DNA from: Treponemataceae bacterium | Lineage (GTDB): Bacteria > Spirochaetota > Spirochaetia > Treponematales > Rectinemataceae | Assembly (NCBI GenBank): GCA_963678065.2 | Contig: CAXXVZ010000003.1 | Span: forward strand, 1,024,001 to 1,088,000 | DNA length: 64,000 bases | Reading direction: 5' to 3' | Shown here: one piece after another, positions 39,034 through 49,491 of the stretch | Position numbering within the stretch: position 1 is the first letter of the stretch | Layout of the letters: the number at the start of each line of letters is the position of its first letter | The notes under the pieces: generated by a model | What the model was told of the DNA's origin: nothing | The model's input: the letters and a program-made list of their open reading frames with translations, nothing else | Database searches by the model: none | Made by a program: the position numbers and the translations under genes

Positions 39034-40713
39034 TCAGCCGCCGATCGAGCCCGCGACCGTTTCGAGGACCCTGTCGCAGAGAGCGCGCGCCTCGGTCGTC
39101 AGTATCCCGATCCGGGACCTCATGTCGGCCTTGAAAGCCTCGTCCTTCACGGGAACAAGGTTGATCCAGATATTGAGCGCGGCCCCCTCAAGCCCGGCCT
39201 TGGCCATCAGGGCGCCGACTCCCGCGTCGGAGGCGGAGTTCCTGTTGCCGGAGTGCGCCGCATCATGACAGAGTCGGATCACTTCGAGGCAGGCCTCCGC
39301 GGTCGCGAGGGGCACGAGGGAGGCCTGCCGGTAGCCCGCCTGGATCGCGGCTTCGCGCGCCGCCGCCTGGACAGCGCCGGCCTTGGGAAGTTTCATGGCA
39401 TCCATCAGATCCTTGAAGGCGAGCGTGTCCTCATCCACGGCGCACAGCAGTCTGGCCTTGACTTCCTGGGCGCGGAGCGCGAGGGCCGCCATGTCCTTCC
39501 AGGCTGACTCGTAGCCCTTCTTGCCGACGGTCAGGTTGCCGACCATGGCGGCGAGGGCTGCGCCGAGGCTCCCTGCGAGGGCCGCCACCGATCCTCCTCC
39601 GGGCGCAGGGGATTCGGCGGAGACTTCGTCGACGAAGCCTGAGACAGTGAGCCCCGCGAGCCAGGCTGGTTTCGCGCAGGCGTATTCGATGATCTTCTTC
39701 CGGGGATCGAAGGCGGACACGGAGTCCAGCCCCATGGTCCTGCGCGCGGTCTCGACGAGTTCGGCCTCACAGAGGCCGGGGCTCTTGCCCATCTTCGCGA
39801 GATAGTGCCTTCCGGCCTCCAGCATGGGTTCGAGGGGGACGAGGCCCACGAGTTCGCTGCCGGTCACGACGAGTCCGAGCTTTTCGGCCTCGCGGCGTAC
39901 GGTATCGAATACCTCGTGCAGAGGGGTCGCGCGGTAGTCGACGAGGTTGATGGACACCTGGGCGCAGCGGTAGCTCTCGATGTACCAGCCAATGGCGCGC
40001 ACGGCGCGCAGAAGACCGGGAGCCTTCACGGTTTCGCCCTTCTCATCCTTGAGAATGTTCCCCGCCGCGTCGCGGGCCGCCCTGCCCCCCTCGCGGATCG
40101 AGAGGGCGATCTCGGTGGCGAGCCTTTTGTCAGTCGTGTTGAGGTTGACGTTGTAGGCGATGAGGAACTCGCGCGCGCCCGTGACCGTGGCGCCCCACCG
40201 CGGGACGAAGGAGGCGGGGCCGAAATCGGGCAGCCACTCCGGATCGGCGAGCTTCGCGGCGAGGCCCTCGTATTCGCCCGACCTGATGTCGGCGAGGCTC
40301 CTGCGCCCGGGCCTGCTCGCGGCGTATTCGTAGAGATAGACAGGGACGCCCAGTTCCGAGGCGAGCATGGCGCCGAATCGACGGGATACCTCTGCGCAGT
40401 CGTCCATCGTCGCGCCCGAGACGGGCACGAAGGGGCAGACATCGAGGGCGCCCATGCGCGGATGCTCTCCCGAATGCCGCGACATGTCGATGAGGGCGAA
40501 GGCCTTTCGGGCTGCCGCCACGGCCGCGGCGAGGACGGCGTCGGGATTTCCGACGAAGGTGTAGACTGTCCGGTTGGTGTCGGCCCCGTGGTCGACATCG
40601 AGGAGGCTCACGCCTTCGGTGCCGGAAATGGCGGCCGCGATGGCGTCGATTATCTGTCTGTCCCTGCCCTCCGAGAAGTTGGGGACGCATTCGATGATGG
40701 GCTGGAGGCTCAT
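39034..40713 (-). CDS. ftcD: Bifunctional glutamate formimidoyltransferase/formimidoyltetrahydrofolate cyclodeaminase
   Basis: ECVPNFSEGR, HPRMGALDV, LIAYNVNL, PAPGGGS, SDAGVG. Confidence 0.93.
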   Translation of the reverse strand: MSLQPIIECVPNFSEGRDRQIIDAIAAAISGTEGVSLLDVDHGADTNRTVYTFVGNPDAVLAAAVAAARKAFALIDMSRHSGEHPRMGALDVCPFVPVSGATMDDCAEVSRRFGAMLASELGVPVYLYEYAASRPGRRSLADIRSGEYEGLAAKLADPEWLPDFGPASFVPRWGATVTGAREFLIAYNVNLNTTDKRLATEIALSIREGGRAARDAAGNILKDEKGETVKAPGLLRAVRAIGWYIESYRCAQVSINLVDYRATPLHEVFDTVRREAEKLGLVVTGSELVGLVPLEPMLEAGRHYLAKMGKSPGLCEAELVETARRTMGLDSVSAFDPRKKIIEYACAKPAWLAGLTVSGFVDEVSAESPAPGGGSVAALAGSLGAALAAMVGNLTVGKKGYESAWKDMAALALRAQEVKARLLCAVDEDTLAFKDLMDAMKLPKAGAVQAAAREAAIQAGYRQASLVPLATAEACLEVIRLCHDAAHSGNRNSASDAGVGALMAKAGLEGAALNIWINLVPVKDEAFKADMRSRIGILTTEARALCDRVLETVAGSIGG

Positions 40714-40830
40714 GGCATTCTCCTTGTGAGTGCAAAAGCTGGAGAACGCAATTCTATCATGTCGGCGGATTTTCCGGAACGCGGGATCGGAACAATACTG
40801 CCGGCCTGGATGGAGGACGGCCGGATCCGG

Positions 40831-41526
40831 TCAGACTGAGGGGCCGGAAGGCCGCATTTTTTCGGCGAGCACGATGAGGGAGGCCGGCCGGCCCGTCAGG
40901 GGAAGCGTGGGCTCTCTCATCTCTCTGATGACAAGCCCCTGCTCGGCGAAGAGCCGCACCCAGTCTCCGACAGTCCTGAAGTACCAGGGAGCGGGGTCGG
41001 TGAACTCGGGGCCGAATCCCGCCCAGGAGCCCTCCCGCCAGCCTGCGGCATAGGGGAGCTCGCCGCAGGCCACGACGGGATGCAGGGTCTGCACGACGAA
41101 GCTCCCTCCCGGCGCGAGGATACGGGGTATGGCGGAAAAAACCGCTTCGACCGACTCTTTACCGATGAGGGAAAAATTGCAGACGGCGAGATCGAAGGAC
41201 TCGACCGGAAATTCTCGGGAGAGCGCATCGTAGGGTACCTGTCTGAACTCGCCGCCACCCGAGCGCCGGGCCGCATCGACGAGGGACTGAACCGCGTCGA
41301 TGCCGATGACGGCGATGCCCCGCGAGGAAAGGGCGCGGGCCAACCAGCCCTCCCCGCAGCCTATGTCGAGGACCCGTCGCGGATTGCGCGAGAGGACAGC
41401 GTCCAGGACTGCCAGGTCGGTGACGGCGACCCGACTCGCTATCCTGCCCTCGCGCACCGCGGCGGTCCAGGCATCGGGATTCCTGTTCCAGGACCGGATG
41501 ATTCCGTCATCGCTCAGGGGCAGCAT
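40831..41526 (-). CDS. Class I SAM-dependent methyltransferase
   Basis: VLDIGCGEG, FDLAVCNF, TLHP, PWYFRT. Confidence 0.85.
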   Translation of the reverse strand: MLPLSDDGIIRSWNRNPDAWTAAVREGRIASRVAVTDLAVLDAVLSRNPRRVLDIGCGEGWLARALSSRGIAVIGIDAVQSLVDAARRSGGGEFRQVPYDALSREFPVESFDLAVCNFSLIGKESVEAVFSAIPRILAPGGSFVVQTLHPVVACGELPYAAGWREGSWAGFGPEFTDPAPWYFRTVGDWVRLFAEQGLVIREMREPTLPLTGRPASLIVLAEKMRPSGPSV

Positions 41527-41528
41527 GC

Positions 41529-43469
41529 TCAGGACCTTTTCTCGTCCTTGCGGTCTTTGCCCACCCTGGTTCTGGGGGCTTTCTTGGCGAATGGCCTGTC
41601 GGCCGGGGCCTTGTAGCCCTGAGGCTTATCCGCGTAAGGCTTGTCGACATGGGATTTGTCGCCGGCGTAGCCGGACTTCGCGTCGCGGTGAAATCCGGCT
41701 CCGGCAGAGCGACGGAAGGATCCCTCTGCATAGCCCGTGCGGGGACTGTCCTTGCCCGCGAACTCGCCCCGCGCCGCGCCATCGGGGAATTGTCCGCGGG
41801 GTGTGGCGAGCTTGACGAGGGGCATGCCGCCCGACTTGCGCGAACCCGCGATGACTTTCTCCGCTGCCTCGAAGGGCACGGAGACGAATGAAAAATTCTC
41901 GTAAATCTCGATGCTTCCGACGAGCCTGTCCGGAAGGCCCGAAGTCTTTTTGATCATGGCCGCGAGATCGCGGGGGCTGAGCCTGTCCTTGCGCCCGGCG
42001 CCGATGAAGAGTCGGACAATGGCGGTCGAGTCTACGGAAACCTCGGAAATATCGTGGTAGCGGGCCGGGTCGAGTTCCGAGCCGTAGGCCTCGAAGAGGA
42101 CGGAGGCGAGCGCCTCCCTCGACTCGAGTTTGTCGAGGATCTCGTCGGCGAGGGTGAGCCAGACCTTCGCCGTGGACGAGGGGATCTTGGCGGGGCTAGC
42201 GTCGGCCTCGAGCCTTCCCGGGAGCGCGCCCTCTTCTTCCGTGTTTTCGGCGCCGGAGCCCTCGGCTCCGATCTCGCCGGGCAGGAAATCGAGTTTCTCG
42301 GCGCGCGAGAATACTCTTCCCCGGAGTCTCTCGCGGCGGGCGGAGAGAACCTCGGAGACGGCGGGGACGGAACCCTTGCGGAAGGCGCTGCCGGCAGCGC
42401 GCTTGAAGCGGAAGAGCTTGCGGTATTCGTCGGGAGTGACGAAGGTGAGCGCAGTTCCCGCGTTCCCGGCGCGCCCCGTCCTGCCGACGCGGTGGAGGTA
42501 TGAGTCCGGATCGTGGGGCAAGGACCAGTTGACGACGTGGCTGAGGCAGTCGATGTCGATGCCGCGCGAGGCGACATCGGTGGCGACGAGAACGCGCAGG
42601 CGCTTGTCCCTGAACCTGGCGAGGATGCGCTCGCGCCTGTCCTGAGTGATGTCGCCGTGCAGGGCATCGGCCTCGTACCCGCGCTCTTCCAGGGACTTGG
42701 CCAGCTTCTCGGCCTCCACCCTGGTGGCAGTGAAGACGATGCCGTAGAAGTCCTCCTCGACATCCATGATGCGGCAGAGGGCCTCGAGGCGGTCGCGTTC
42801 CTGTATTTCCAGCCAGACTTGCTCGGCGAGCTCGGTGGCGACAGCCTCGGAAAAATCTTCGACAGTCTCGTAGGTGCCGAGGCGCCTGCGGACGATGTCG
42901 AGGATGGGGCGAGGCATGGTCGCGGAGAAGAGGACGGTGCGGGCTTCGGGGTTGCACATGCCCATGATGGTTTCGATGTCTTCGATGAAGCCCATGTCGA
43001 GCATCTCGTCGGCCTCGTCGAGGACGAAGAATTCGATCCTGTCGAGCTTGAGGCTTCCGCGGTTGAGGTGATCGAGGACGCGCCCCGGGGTTCCGACGAC
43101 GATGTCGATGCCGGAAGCTATGCGCCTGAGCTGTTCGCCCATGGAAGCGCCGCCGTACACGGGAGCGAGACGGGGGCGATCCGTGCTCTTGAGCGAGGCG
43201 ATTTCGCCTGTTACCTGGAGAGCGAGTTCGCGGGTCGGTACGAGGATGAGGGCCCTGATATGGTCGGAAGCGACGCTGAGTTTTTCAACGAGGGGGATGC
43301 CGAAGGCGGCTGTTTTTCCGGTTCCGGTCCGCGCGCGGGCGATGAGGGCAGGCCCCGGCTGCATGAGTTTGGGGATGGTGAGGCCCTGGATAGTAGTGGG
43401 TTCTTCGAAACCTTTTTTGGAGAGGGCGGTGAGGACGGCCTGCGAGAGGCCCAATGAGTCGAATGTCAT
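41529..43469 (-). CDS. deaD: DEAD-box RNA helicase, DeaD/CshA type with DbpA-like RNA-binding domain
   Basis: ARTGTGKT, PTRELA, TPGR, DEAD, SAT, HRVGRTGR; RLFIGAGRKD...FSFVSVP domain. Confidence 0.85.
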   Translation of the reverse strand: MTFDSLGLSQAVLTALSKKGFEEPTTIQGLTIPKLMQPGPALIARARTGTGKTAAFGIPLVEKLSVASDHIRALILVPTRELALQVTGEIASLKSTDRPRLAPVYGGASMGEQLRRIASGIDIVVGTPGRVLDHLNRGSLKLDRIEFFVLDEADEMLDMGFIEDIETIMGMCNPEARTVLFSATMPRPILDIVRRRLGTYETVEDFSEAVATELAEQVWLEIQERDRLEALCRIMDVEEDFYGIVFTATRVEAEKLAKSLEERGYEADALHGDITQDRRERILARFRDKRLRVLVATDVASRGIDIDCLSHVVNWSLPHDPDSYLHRVGRTGRAGNAGTALTFVTPDEYRKLFRFKRAAGSAFRKGSVPAVSEVLSARRERLRGRVFSRAEKLDFLPGEIGAEGSGAENTEEEGALPGRLEADASPAKIPSSTAKVWLTLADEILDKLESREALASVLFEAYGSELDPARYHDISEVSVDSTAIVRLFIGAGRKDRLSPRDLAAMIKKTSGLPDRLVGSIEIYENFSFVSVPFEAAEKVIAGSRKSGGMPLVKLATPRGQFPDGAARGEFAGKDSPRTGYAEGSFRRSAGAGFHRDAKSGYAGDKSHVDKPYADKPQGYKAPADRPFAKKAPRTRVGKDRKDEKRS

Positions 43470-43673
43470 AAGTATATTCTATGCCATATCATGCGTAATA
43501 TACCAGTGGATGTCGACGAATGCGGAGAAATATATTCGTACCGACAGTTTTTCCGGAATACGCAATGAACAAAAACTCTCTGCACTCGCGTCGCCCGGCT
43601 CCAAGAGGGGCGGCACGCGGCCATCCCGAGCGGCACCCTCGGAGGGGAAAGCGGGTATTTCCTCCCGCAATAC

Positions 43674-43702
43674 TTGCTGTGCGGCTCTGTCGCGTTTATA
43701 GT
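43674..43702 (+). promoter_or_regulatory. sigma70 promoter for threonine aldolase gene
   Basis: TTGCTG-17-TATAGT, then GGGAGG RBS before ATG 43730. Confidence 0.6.
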
Positions 43703-43729
43703 CGCCTGCGGTCGGACCAGGGAGGAAGC

Positions 43730-44791
43730 ATGGACGAAAGGCGCACATCGAGAAGTTTCGCGAGCGATAACAATTCCGGGATCTGTCCGGAAATCCTCGC
43801 GGCGATCGCGGCGGCGAACAGCGGGCACGCCGTGGGTTACGGCGACGACGCCTGGACGGAAAAGACCAAAGCGCTGTTCCGGAAGGAATTCAACCCCGAG
43901 GGAAACGGCTATATCAGTACATACTTCGTCTTCAGCGGAACCGGGGCGAACGTCTTCGCCCTCTCGCTCGCAGCCGGCGCGGGTGAGAGCGTCATCTGCG
44001 CAAAGGGCGCCCACATCGGGGAGGACGAAACCGGTGCGGTCGAGGCCAGCCTGGGTTGCGTGGTCCTTCCCGTTGCGGAGGATCATGGGAAGATCCGCCC
44101 CGGAGCTTTGCGGGAAGCGCTGGGCTCCCTGGGATTCATCCATCAGCCGCAGCCCGTCTGCCTCTCTCTGACACAGCCGACTGAGCGGGGAGCCCTCTAT
44201 TCCATCGACGAAATCCGCGGCCTCTCACGCATCGCGCACGAGGCCGGCCTCGTCGTGCACATGGATGGGGCGCGCCTCGGCGTGGCGGCCGCTGCCCTCG
44301 GATGCGCCTTCAGGGAATGTACCGTGGATGCCGGAGTAGACATTCTGTCTTTCGGCGGCATGAAGAACGGAATCGGCTTCGGGGAGGCTGTCCTCGTATT
44401 CAAGCCCGAACTGGACAGGAAAGCCGCGTACCTGCAGAAAGCGCGGCTCCAGCTCAATTCCAAGATGCGCTTCGTCGCCGCCCAATATGAGGCATACCTC
44501 TCGGACGGAGTCTGGAGGCGCAACGCTCTCGCGGCGATCCGCACGGCGAGAAAACTCGAAGCAGGTCTCGCTGCTCTTCCCGGCGTCGAACTCGTGAAGC
44601 AGGTCGAAACGAACGCGGTTTTCGTCCGCTTGCCCCCCGGGACAGAGGAAAAATTGAGGAAGGAATGGTTCTTCTATTCGCTCGACAGAGGGGTGTCGCG
44701 TTTTGTCACGAGTTTCGACACGACTGACGACGACATCGAGAGTCTCGTGCGGGCGCTTGGTCGGATTCTCGGGCAGGAAACCGGTCGCTGA
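43730..44791 (+). CDS. Low-specificity L-threonine aldolase family protein
   Basis: FASDN, YGDD, GTGAN, TQPTE, HMDGAR, GGMKNG, SKMRF. Confidence 0.88.
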   Translation: MDERRTSRSFASDNNSGICPEILAAIAAANSGHAVGYGDDAWTEKTKALFRKEFNPEGNGYISTYFVFSGTGANVFALSLAAGAGESVICAKGAHIGEDETGAVEASLGCVVLPVAEDHGKIRPGALREALGSLGFIHQPQPVCLSLTQPTERGALYSIDEIRGLSRIAHEAGLVVHMDGARLGVAAAALGCAFRECTVDAGVDILSFGGMKNGIGFGEAVLVFKPELDRKAAYLQKARLQLNSKMRFVAAQYEAYLSDGVWRRNALAAIRTARKLEAGLAALPGVELVKQVETNAVFVRLPPGTEEKLRKEWFFYSLDRGVSRFVTSFDTTDDDIESLVRALGRILGQETGR

Positions 44792-44878
44792 AATCCCCGG
44801 GGACACATCGTCCGGGCGCACTATCTTTGCATGCGATCGCCTGCCCGTCCGCATTCCCCCGGACTCAAGGAGCCGCGC

Positions 44879-45616
44879 TCAGGCTTCGATTCCCGCCTCC
44901 ATTTCCAGCTTCGCCCGCCGCCTTCCCTGGACACGCAATATCGCGATGGAGAGCTCGAAGAGGCCGAGCATCGGAACCGCCAACAGAATCTGGGATACGA
45001 CATCGGGCGGTGTCACGATGGCGGCGACGATGAAGATCCCGAGAATGGCGATGCGCCTGGACCTGATGAGTATCTCCGCCTTCAGGATGCCCAGGGCTCC
45101 GAGCACGGCCGCGGCGATGGGCAGTTCGAAGGTGAGTCCGAAGGCGACGCAGAGGTCGGAGATGAAGCCGAGGTACTCTTTGATCGAGATCATGGGCTCC
45201 ACCATCTGGCTCGAATACGAGAGGAAGAACCTGATGGTGAAGGGGACGATGACGAAGTAGGCGAATGCCGCCCCGGCCACGAAGAAAAGTCCGCTGAAGA
45301 GGAGGGCCCCGAGTATGGACCGCCTCTCCGTCGCGCCGATCGCAGGGCGCACGAACATCCATATCTCGTAGATGATGACGGGAAGGGAAAAAGCGAGCCC
45401 CGCGTAGACTGAGAGCTTCACGAAGGCGATGAAGAGGTCGGGAGGGGAAAGAAAAACGAATTTCAGCCCTGAGGCGGGCTTCATGATAAAATCCGCCATG
45501 GGTTTCGTGAAGGAGAAGCTCGCGAACGTGGCGATGATGAATACAACCAGGACGACGATGATTCGCTTCCTGAGTTCGGCCAGATGGCTGTAGAAAGGCA
45601 TCACTTTATCGCTCAC
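44879..45616 (-). CDS. tatC: Twin-arginine translocase subunit TatC
   Basis: HLAELRKR, FVRPA, FELP, TPPDVVSQ; start uncertain (45601/45616/45649). Confidence 0.92.
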   Translation of the reverse strand: MSDKVMPFYSHLAELRKRIIVVLVVFIIATFASFSFTKPMADFIMKPASGLKFVFLSPPDLFIAFVKLSVYAGLAFSLPVIIYEIWMFVRPAIGATERRSILGALLFSGLFFVAGAAFAYFVIVPFTIRFFLSYSSQMVEPMISIKEYLGFISDLCVAFGLTFELPIAAAVLGALGILKAEILIRSRRIAILGIFIVAAIVTPPDVVSQILLAVPMLGLFELSIAILRVQGRRRAKLEMEAGIEA

Positions 45617-45653
45617 GGGAGCTTCCTGTCCGGCCTCGGGCGCGATCACTTTT

Positions 45654-45896
45654 TCAGGCCTTTCCGCCCTTGTCGGTCTTTTCGGCCTTGGCCGCGGTGT
45701 TCTCGATCTTGGGGGCGGCCTCGTCGGGACTCGTCGCCTTGTCGATTTCGTCGGTGACCTTCTCGGAAGTCTTGCGGAACTGGCGGATGGCCTCGCCGAC
45801 AGCCTTGCCGATTTCGGGCAGCTTCTTGGGTCCGAAAATGACAAGGGCAATTACAAGGATGAGTATGAGCTCCATGGGCCCGATTCTTCCGAACAT
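45654..45896 (-). CDS. tatA: Twin-arginine translocase subunit TatA
   Basis: IGPMEL...[20 protein letters not shown]. Confidence 0.93.
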   Translation of the reverse strand: MFGRIGPMELILILVIALVIFGPKKLPEIGKAVGEAIRQFRKTSEKVTDEIDKATSPDEAAPKIENTAAKAEKTDKGGKA

Positions 45897-45905
45897 GATG
45901 TCCTC

Positions 45906-46712
45906 CTACCGGATCCGCTCCGGCCGCGTATAAATGACGGGATCCCGGGATCCCATTCTTCCCACCAGCGTCAGACCGCCTCTCTGGGCTATTTCGTAGG
46001 CCGTTGTCGTCGGAATGCTTCGTGATACCACGATCGGAACGCCTGCGACAACGGCCTTGAGGGCCATATCGGCGGCGATCCTTCCGCTTGTCAGAAGGAT
46101 GCAGGAGCCGGGATCGACTCCGTCGAGCATCGCTCTGCCGATGACCTTGTCGACAGCGTTGTGCCTGCCGACATCCTCCCGCGCGACAAAATACGCTTCG
46201 TCGCCGCGGCCCGCGATGGCCGCACAGTGCATGCCGCCGGTCAGACGGTACAATTCCGCCGCCGCAAACATGTCCCGCGCGCGGGCCGCAAGCTCCTCTG
46301 TCGAGACGGTCCACCCGCACTCGACTGGCGGCCTGTACAGGAATTCCTGGGAAAACAGGGCCCCCGAGCCGCATCCGGAAGCGATGACCCCCCCGAGATC
46401 CAGGCCGGCGCCGACACTGATCGAGGCCGATTCGACATCGACGCGCGCCTTCGAGAGGCAGACCTTGATGGAGGGCGGAGGGCAGGGAGTCCCCGCCTGC
46501 CTTGCATCAGGGCCGGAGCTGAAATCGACCAGCCCCCTCGTGACCAGATGCCCCCATGCGAGCTCAGTCAGATCGCGCGGAGTACACATCAGCACGGCTA
46601 TCTTCCTGCCGTTGGCGTAGATCTCCACAGGCTGCTCAGAGGCCAATGGCGCCGCCGAAAGCGAGGCCGCTGGCGGAGTCCGGGATAGTGCGGCGCGTGA
46701 CTCCCCTGGCAA
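45906..46712 (-). CDS. fdhD: Formate dehydrogenase accessory sulfurtransferase
   Basis: SGCG, TGGMHCAA, EDVGRHNAVDK, SGRI; start approximate. Confidence 0.9.
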   Translation of the reverse strand: MPGESRAALSRTPPAASLSAAPLASEQPVEIYANGRKIAVLMCTPRDLTELAWGHLVTRGLVDFSSGPDARQAGTPCPPPSIKVCLSKARVDVESASISVGAGLDLGGVIASGCGSGALFSQEFLYRPPVECGWTVSTEELAARARDMFAAAELYRLTGGMHCAAIAGRGDEAYFVAREDVGRHNAVDKVIGRAMLDGVDPGSCILLTSGRIAADMALKAVVAGVPIVVSRSIPTTTAYEIAQRGGLTLVGRMGSRDPVIYTRPERIR

Positions 46713-46729
46713 TCCGCTACGTTCGGAGT

Positions 46730-47266
46730 TCAGGGATTCTCCTTCTGGATGACTTCGATGAATTCGGCCAGTCCCTGCGCGTGGTTCTCGCCGAGAAACT
46801 CGCTCGAATACAGGAACAGTACACCATTGGAAGTCCGACAGGTCTTTATGTCGGCCGTATCAGGCCGCATGGCGATCCGGTTGAGGGTTTCGCCGAACTC
46901 GTTCTGTCGCATCGAAAAAGGAGGCTCTAGGAAAGTCCGCGCGTAGGTAGGTCTCGGGTAGATGCGCGACTCGTCGCGGACCGTATCCGCCACGAGCCTG
47001 ACAGGATCCCTCTCCTCCACCCTGAAGAGGTGAAGCGCGTAGGCAGCCGTAATTTCCTTCTCGCTGAAATAGTATTCGTCCCGGGAACCGGCGATCTTCT
47101 TGATGTCGTCGGCCTGGGCCTGCGACACGAGGAGCGCTGGGTCATCCTCAGGGAACTCCCGCTTTAAAGCGGAGAGGCGCATGAGGGAGCCTGCGCGGCT
47201 CGTTTCGCGTATCCTTTCGGCAAGGGCGGCCGGATCTATCCGGCCGACTTTCGGTTCTTTGCTCAT
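46730..47266 (-). CDS. YdhW-like oxidoreductase-system accessory protein
   Basis: YYFS..IT..YA, VRDESRIYPRP, DIK...SNG..FLYS; directly downstream of the ydhV-like gene. Confidence 0.65.
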   Translation of the reverse strand: MSKEPKVGRIDPAALAERIRETSRAGSLMRLSALKREFPEDDPALLVSQAQADDIKKIAGSRDEYYFSEKEITAAYALHLFRVEERDPVRLVADTVRDESRIYPRPTYARTFLEPPFSMRQNEFGETLNRIAMRPDTADIKTCRTSNGVLFLYSSEFLGENHAQGLAEFIEVIQKENP

Positions 47267-47356
47267 GGCACTAGCTACAGGATACAGGCATCGGGTGTGA
47301 ATGCCAACCAGGACAAAAAGCCCGGTGGGCGGAGTCACTCCCCGATGCCATCACGA

Positions 47357-49474
47357 TCAAGGCAGAAGTCCGCGGGCTGCGAGATCGTCGGCTACGGCTG
47401 CGAGGCCGGCGGCTTCGAGTCCCGCGCGGGAGGGCGCGCCTGTCCTTTCGTCCCAGCCGAACTCGCGGTAGACCATGGTCCTTCCGAGTTCCAGGTCTCC
47501 GGCTTCCATCTGGATGGTGCCGGGGGTGAACTGCGGGATATCCACGCCGTTCTTGTCCTTGTCTGGCTTGGTCACCCACTTGGTGGTCTGATCGTGCTCC
47601 TTGCGGAGATCGGCTGTCCCCATCTGGCGCACCGTGATGGCGCGGAAGAGGGTGAAGTTCTTGGCAGCAGCCTCGTCGAGCTGCTTTTCCGTCATCTGGA
47701 TACCGGTCGCGAGGGAGTAGAATTTCGCCTCGAGGCCGGTGTCGCCGCGGTACTTGCGCTCCCTGAGGGGGCTCACGGACATCGGCCACATCCAGTTGCA
47801 GAGCGTGAGGCTGTTGTGCAACATCGCCCTCGAGAGGGCCCACTTGACGAATCTCGCCTTGTAGACATTCATCGGCTTGTAGTTCAGCGGTGCGTCGTAG
47901 GCGTCAGGAGATCCGAAAATTTCGCCGGCGATCTCCTTCTGGAGGGCGACGGGGAGTTTGGAGCCGACGAAGTTCATGTGCGAGTGGTTCTGGGAGTCGC
48001 GGTTGGAGAAGCAGGAGATGAGGGCGCCGACCTGACCGTTGGCCTCGTTGGAGTGGTGGACGGGATATCCGCCGTGAGTCCAGAGTTTGCCGTTCTTGTC
48101 GTTCCAGTAGTCGTCGCCGAGGTTCCAGCGCTCGGCGATCCAGTAGGAGCCGTCGGCGATGTGGGAGAACTCGCCGATCTTGAAGGCGACGCGCTTGTAG
48201 AAATCGAGGTAGAAGGTTGCATCGCCCTTGATGAGCTTGTCCCATGGAATGGAAGCGTACTCGTCGGCAGGCAGGACGCGCTTGAAGACGCCCTTGTCCC
48301 AGCAGTATTTGAGATCGCGGCCTATCTGGGCGTAGTTGCACCAGACGCCGTAGTCGTCGGCGAGCTTGGTGCCGATGGCGTTGCCGATGAGGGCACTGTC
48401 GGGGCCGTTGCCGTCGAATTCCTTGATGCCGTTGAACATGACGCCCTTGGGGCCGGACCATCCGACGCAGGTGTTGCCGACGTACTCATCGTAGCCATAT
48501 TTCTTCAGCGCAGGCACCTTGAGCTGGGAGTGGCAGCGGATCGGGCAGTGGGCGCAGCCGCCCATCCTGACCGTGAATTTTTCCGCTCCCGCGCCGAGAT
48601 CGAAGATGGCCTTCTGCGTGCGCAGGCCGACGGACTGCATGTCGTGCGGATCGCACTCGCCGGTCTCGACCGGAGGATTGGCGGCGCCCCAGTAGAGGCC
48701 CTTGCGCCCTGTCCACCTGGACGAGCTGTCGGAGTACTCGGCCCACCTCTGGGGGGTGGAGGGAACGACCATCTGGTTGTTCGCGCCGATGATAGTCATC
48801 ATGTATTTCTCGAGCTCCATCCAGTCCTTGCGGTCAGCCGCGATCTTGACGGATCCGGTGCCCTTGACTCCGATGGCCTTGAGGTTCTTGGCGCCCATGA
48901 CGCCGCCATGGCCGCCGGCGGAGTGCGAGGTTCCGGTGCGGATGACGGAGAGGTTGACCATGTTCTCGCCGGCCTGACCGATAGCCGCAACCTGGGCCTC
49001 CTTGCCCATGAAGGAGGCGACCATGGCCTGGGTGTCGAAAATGCCCTTGCCCCACATCCAGCGCGCGTCCTCGATGGTGACGACATCGTCCTCGATGCGG
49101 AGCCAGACAGGGCTCGATGCCTTCCCTTCGATGACGATCATGTCCCAGCCGGCGTATTTCAGTTCGACGGAGAAGTAGCCGCCCATGTGGGAGCTCGAGA
49201 CGCCGCCGAAGGGGCTGGAGGGAAGCAGGGAAGTGATGTTGGTCCTTCCGGAGCAGGGAGCGCCCGTGCCGCACAGGGGACCGGTTCCGAAAATGATCTT
49301 GTTCGCGGGATCGAAGGGCTTGGTGCCGGGGGCGACTTCGTCCCACATGATCTTCATGGCGATGCCTTCGCCGCCGATGAACTCGACATATTTGAGGGTA
49401 TCGTCAGTGGAGACTTCCCTGGTGTTGAGGTTCACGCGGAGAATCTTGCCGGTGTATCCGTATGTTGTGCTCAT
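47357..49474 (-). CDS. ydhV: Aldehyde:ferredoxin oxidoreductase family protein, YdhV type
   Basis: GYTGKILRVNL, GPLCGTGAPCSGR, IGQAGEN, MGAKNLKA, C..CPIRCH, DDYGVWCNY, LCNWMWP. Confidence 0.85.
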   Translation of the reverse strand: MSTTYGYTGKILRVNLNTREVSTDDTLKYVEFIGGEGIAMKIMWDEVAPGTKPFDPANKIIFGTGPLCGTGAPCSGRTNITSLLPSSPFGGVSSSHMGGYFSVELKYAGWDMIVIEGKASSPVWLRIEDDVVTIEDARWMWGKGIFDTQAMVASFMGKEAQVAAIGQAGENMVNLSVIRTGTSHSAGGHGGVMGAKNLKAIGVKGTGSVKIAADRKDWMELEKYMMTIIGANNQMVVPSTPQRWAEYSDSSSRWTGRKGLYWGAANPPVETGECDPHDMQSVGLRTQKAIFDLGAGAEKFTVRMGGCAHCPIRCHSQLKVPALKKYGYDEYVGNTCVGWSGPKGVMFNGIKEFDGNGPDSALIGNAIGTKLADDYGVWCNYAQIGRDLKYCWDKGVFKRVLPADEYASIPWDKLIKGDATFYLDFYKRVAFKIGEFSHIADGSYWIAERWNLGDDYWNDKNGKLWTHGGYPVHHSNEANGQVGALISCFSNRDSQNHSHMNFVGSKLPVALQKEIAGEIFGSPDAYDAPLNYKPMNVYKARFVKWALSRAMLHNSLTLCNWMWPMSVSPLRERKYRGDTGLEAKFYSLATGIQMTEKQLDEAAAKNFTLFRAITVRQMGTADLRKEHDQTTKWVTKPDKDKNGVDIPQFTPGTIQMEAGDLELGRTMVYREFGWDERTGAPSRAGLEAAGLAAVADDLAARGLLP

Positions 49475-49491
49475 GTTTCATTCCTCCCGCA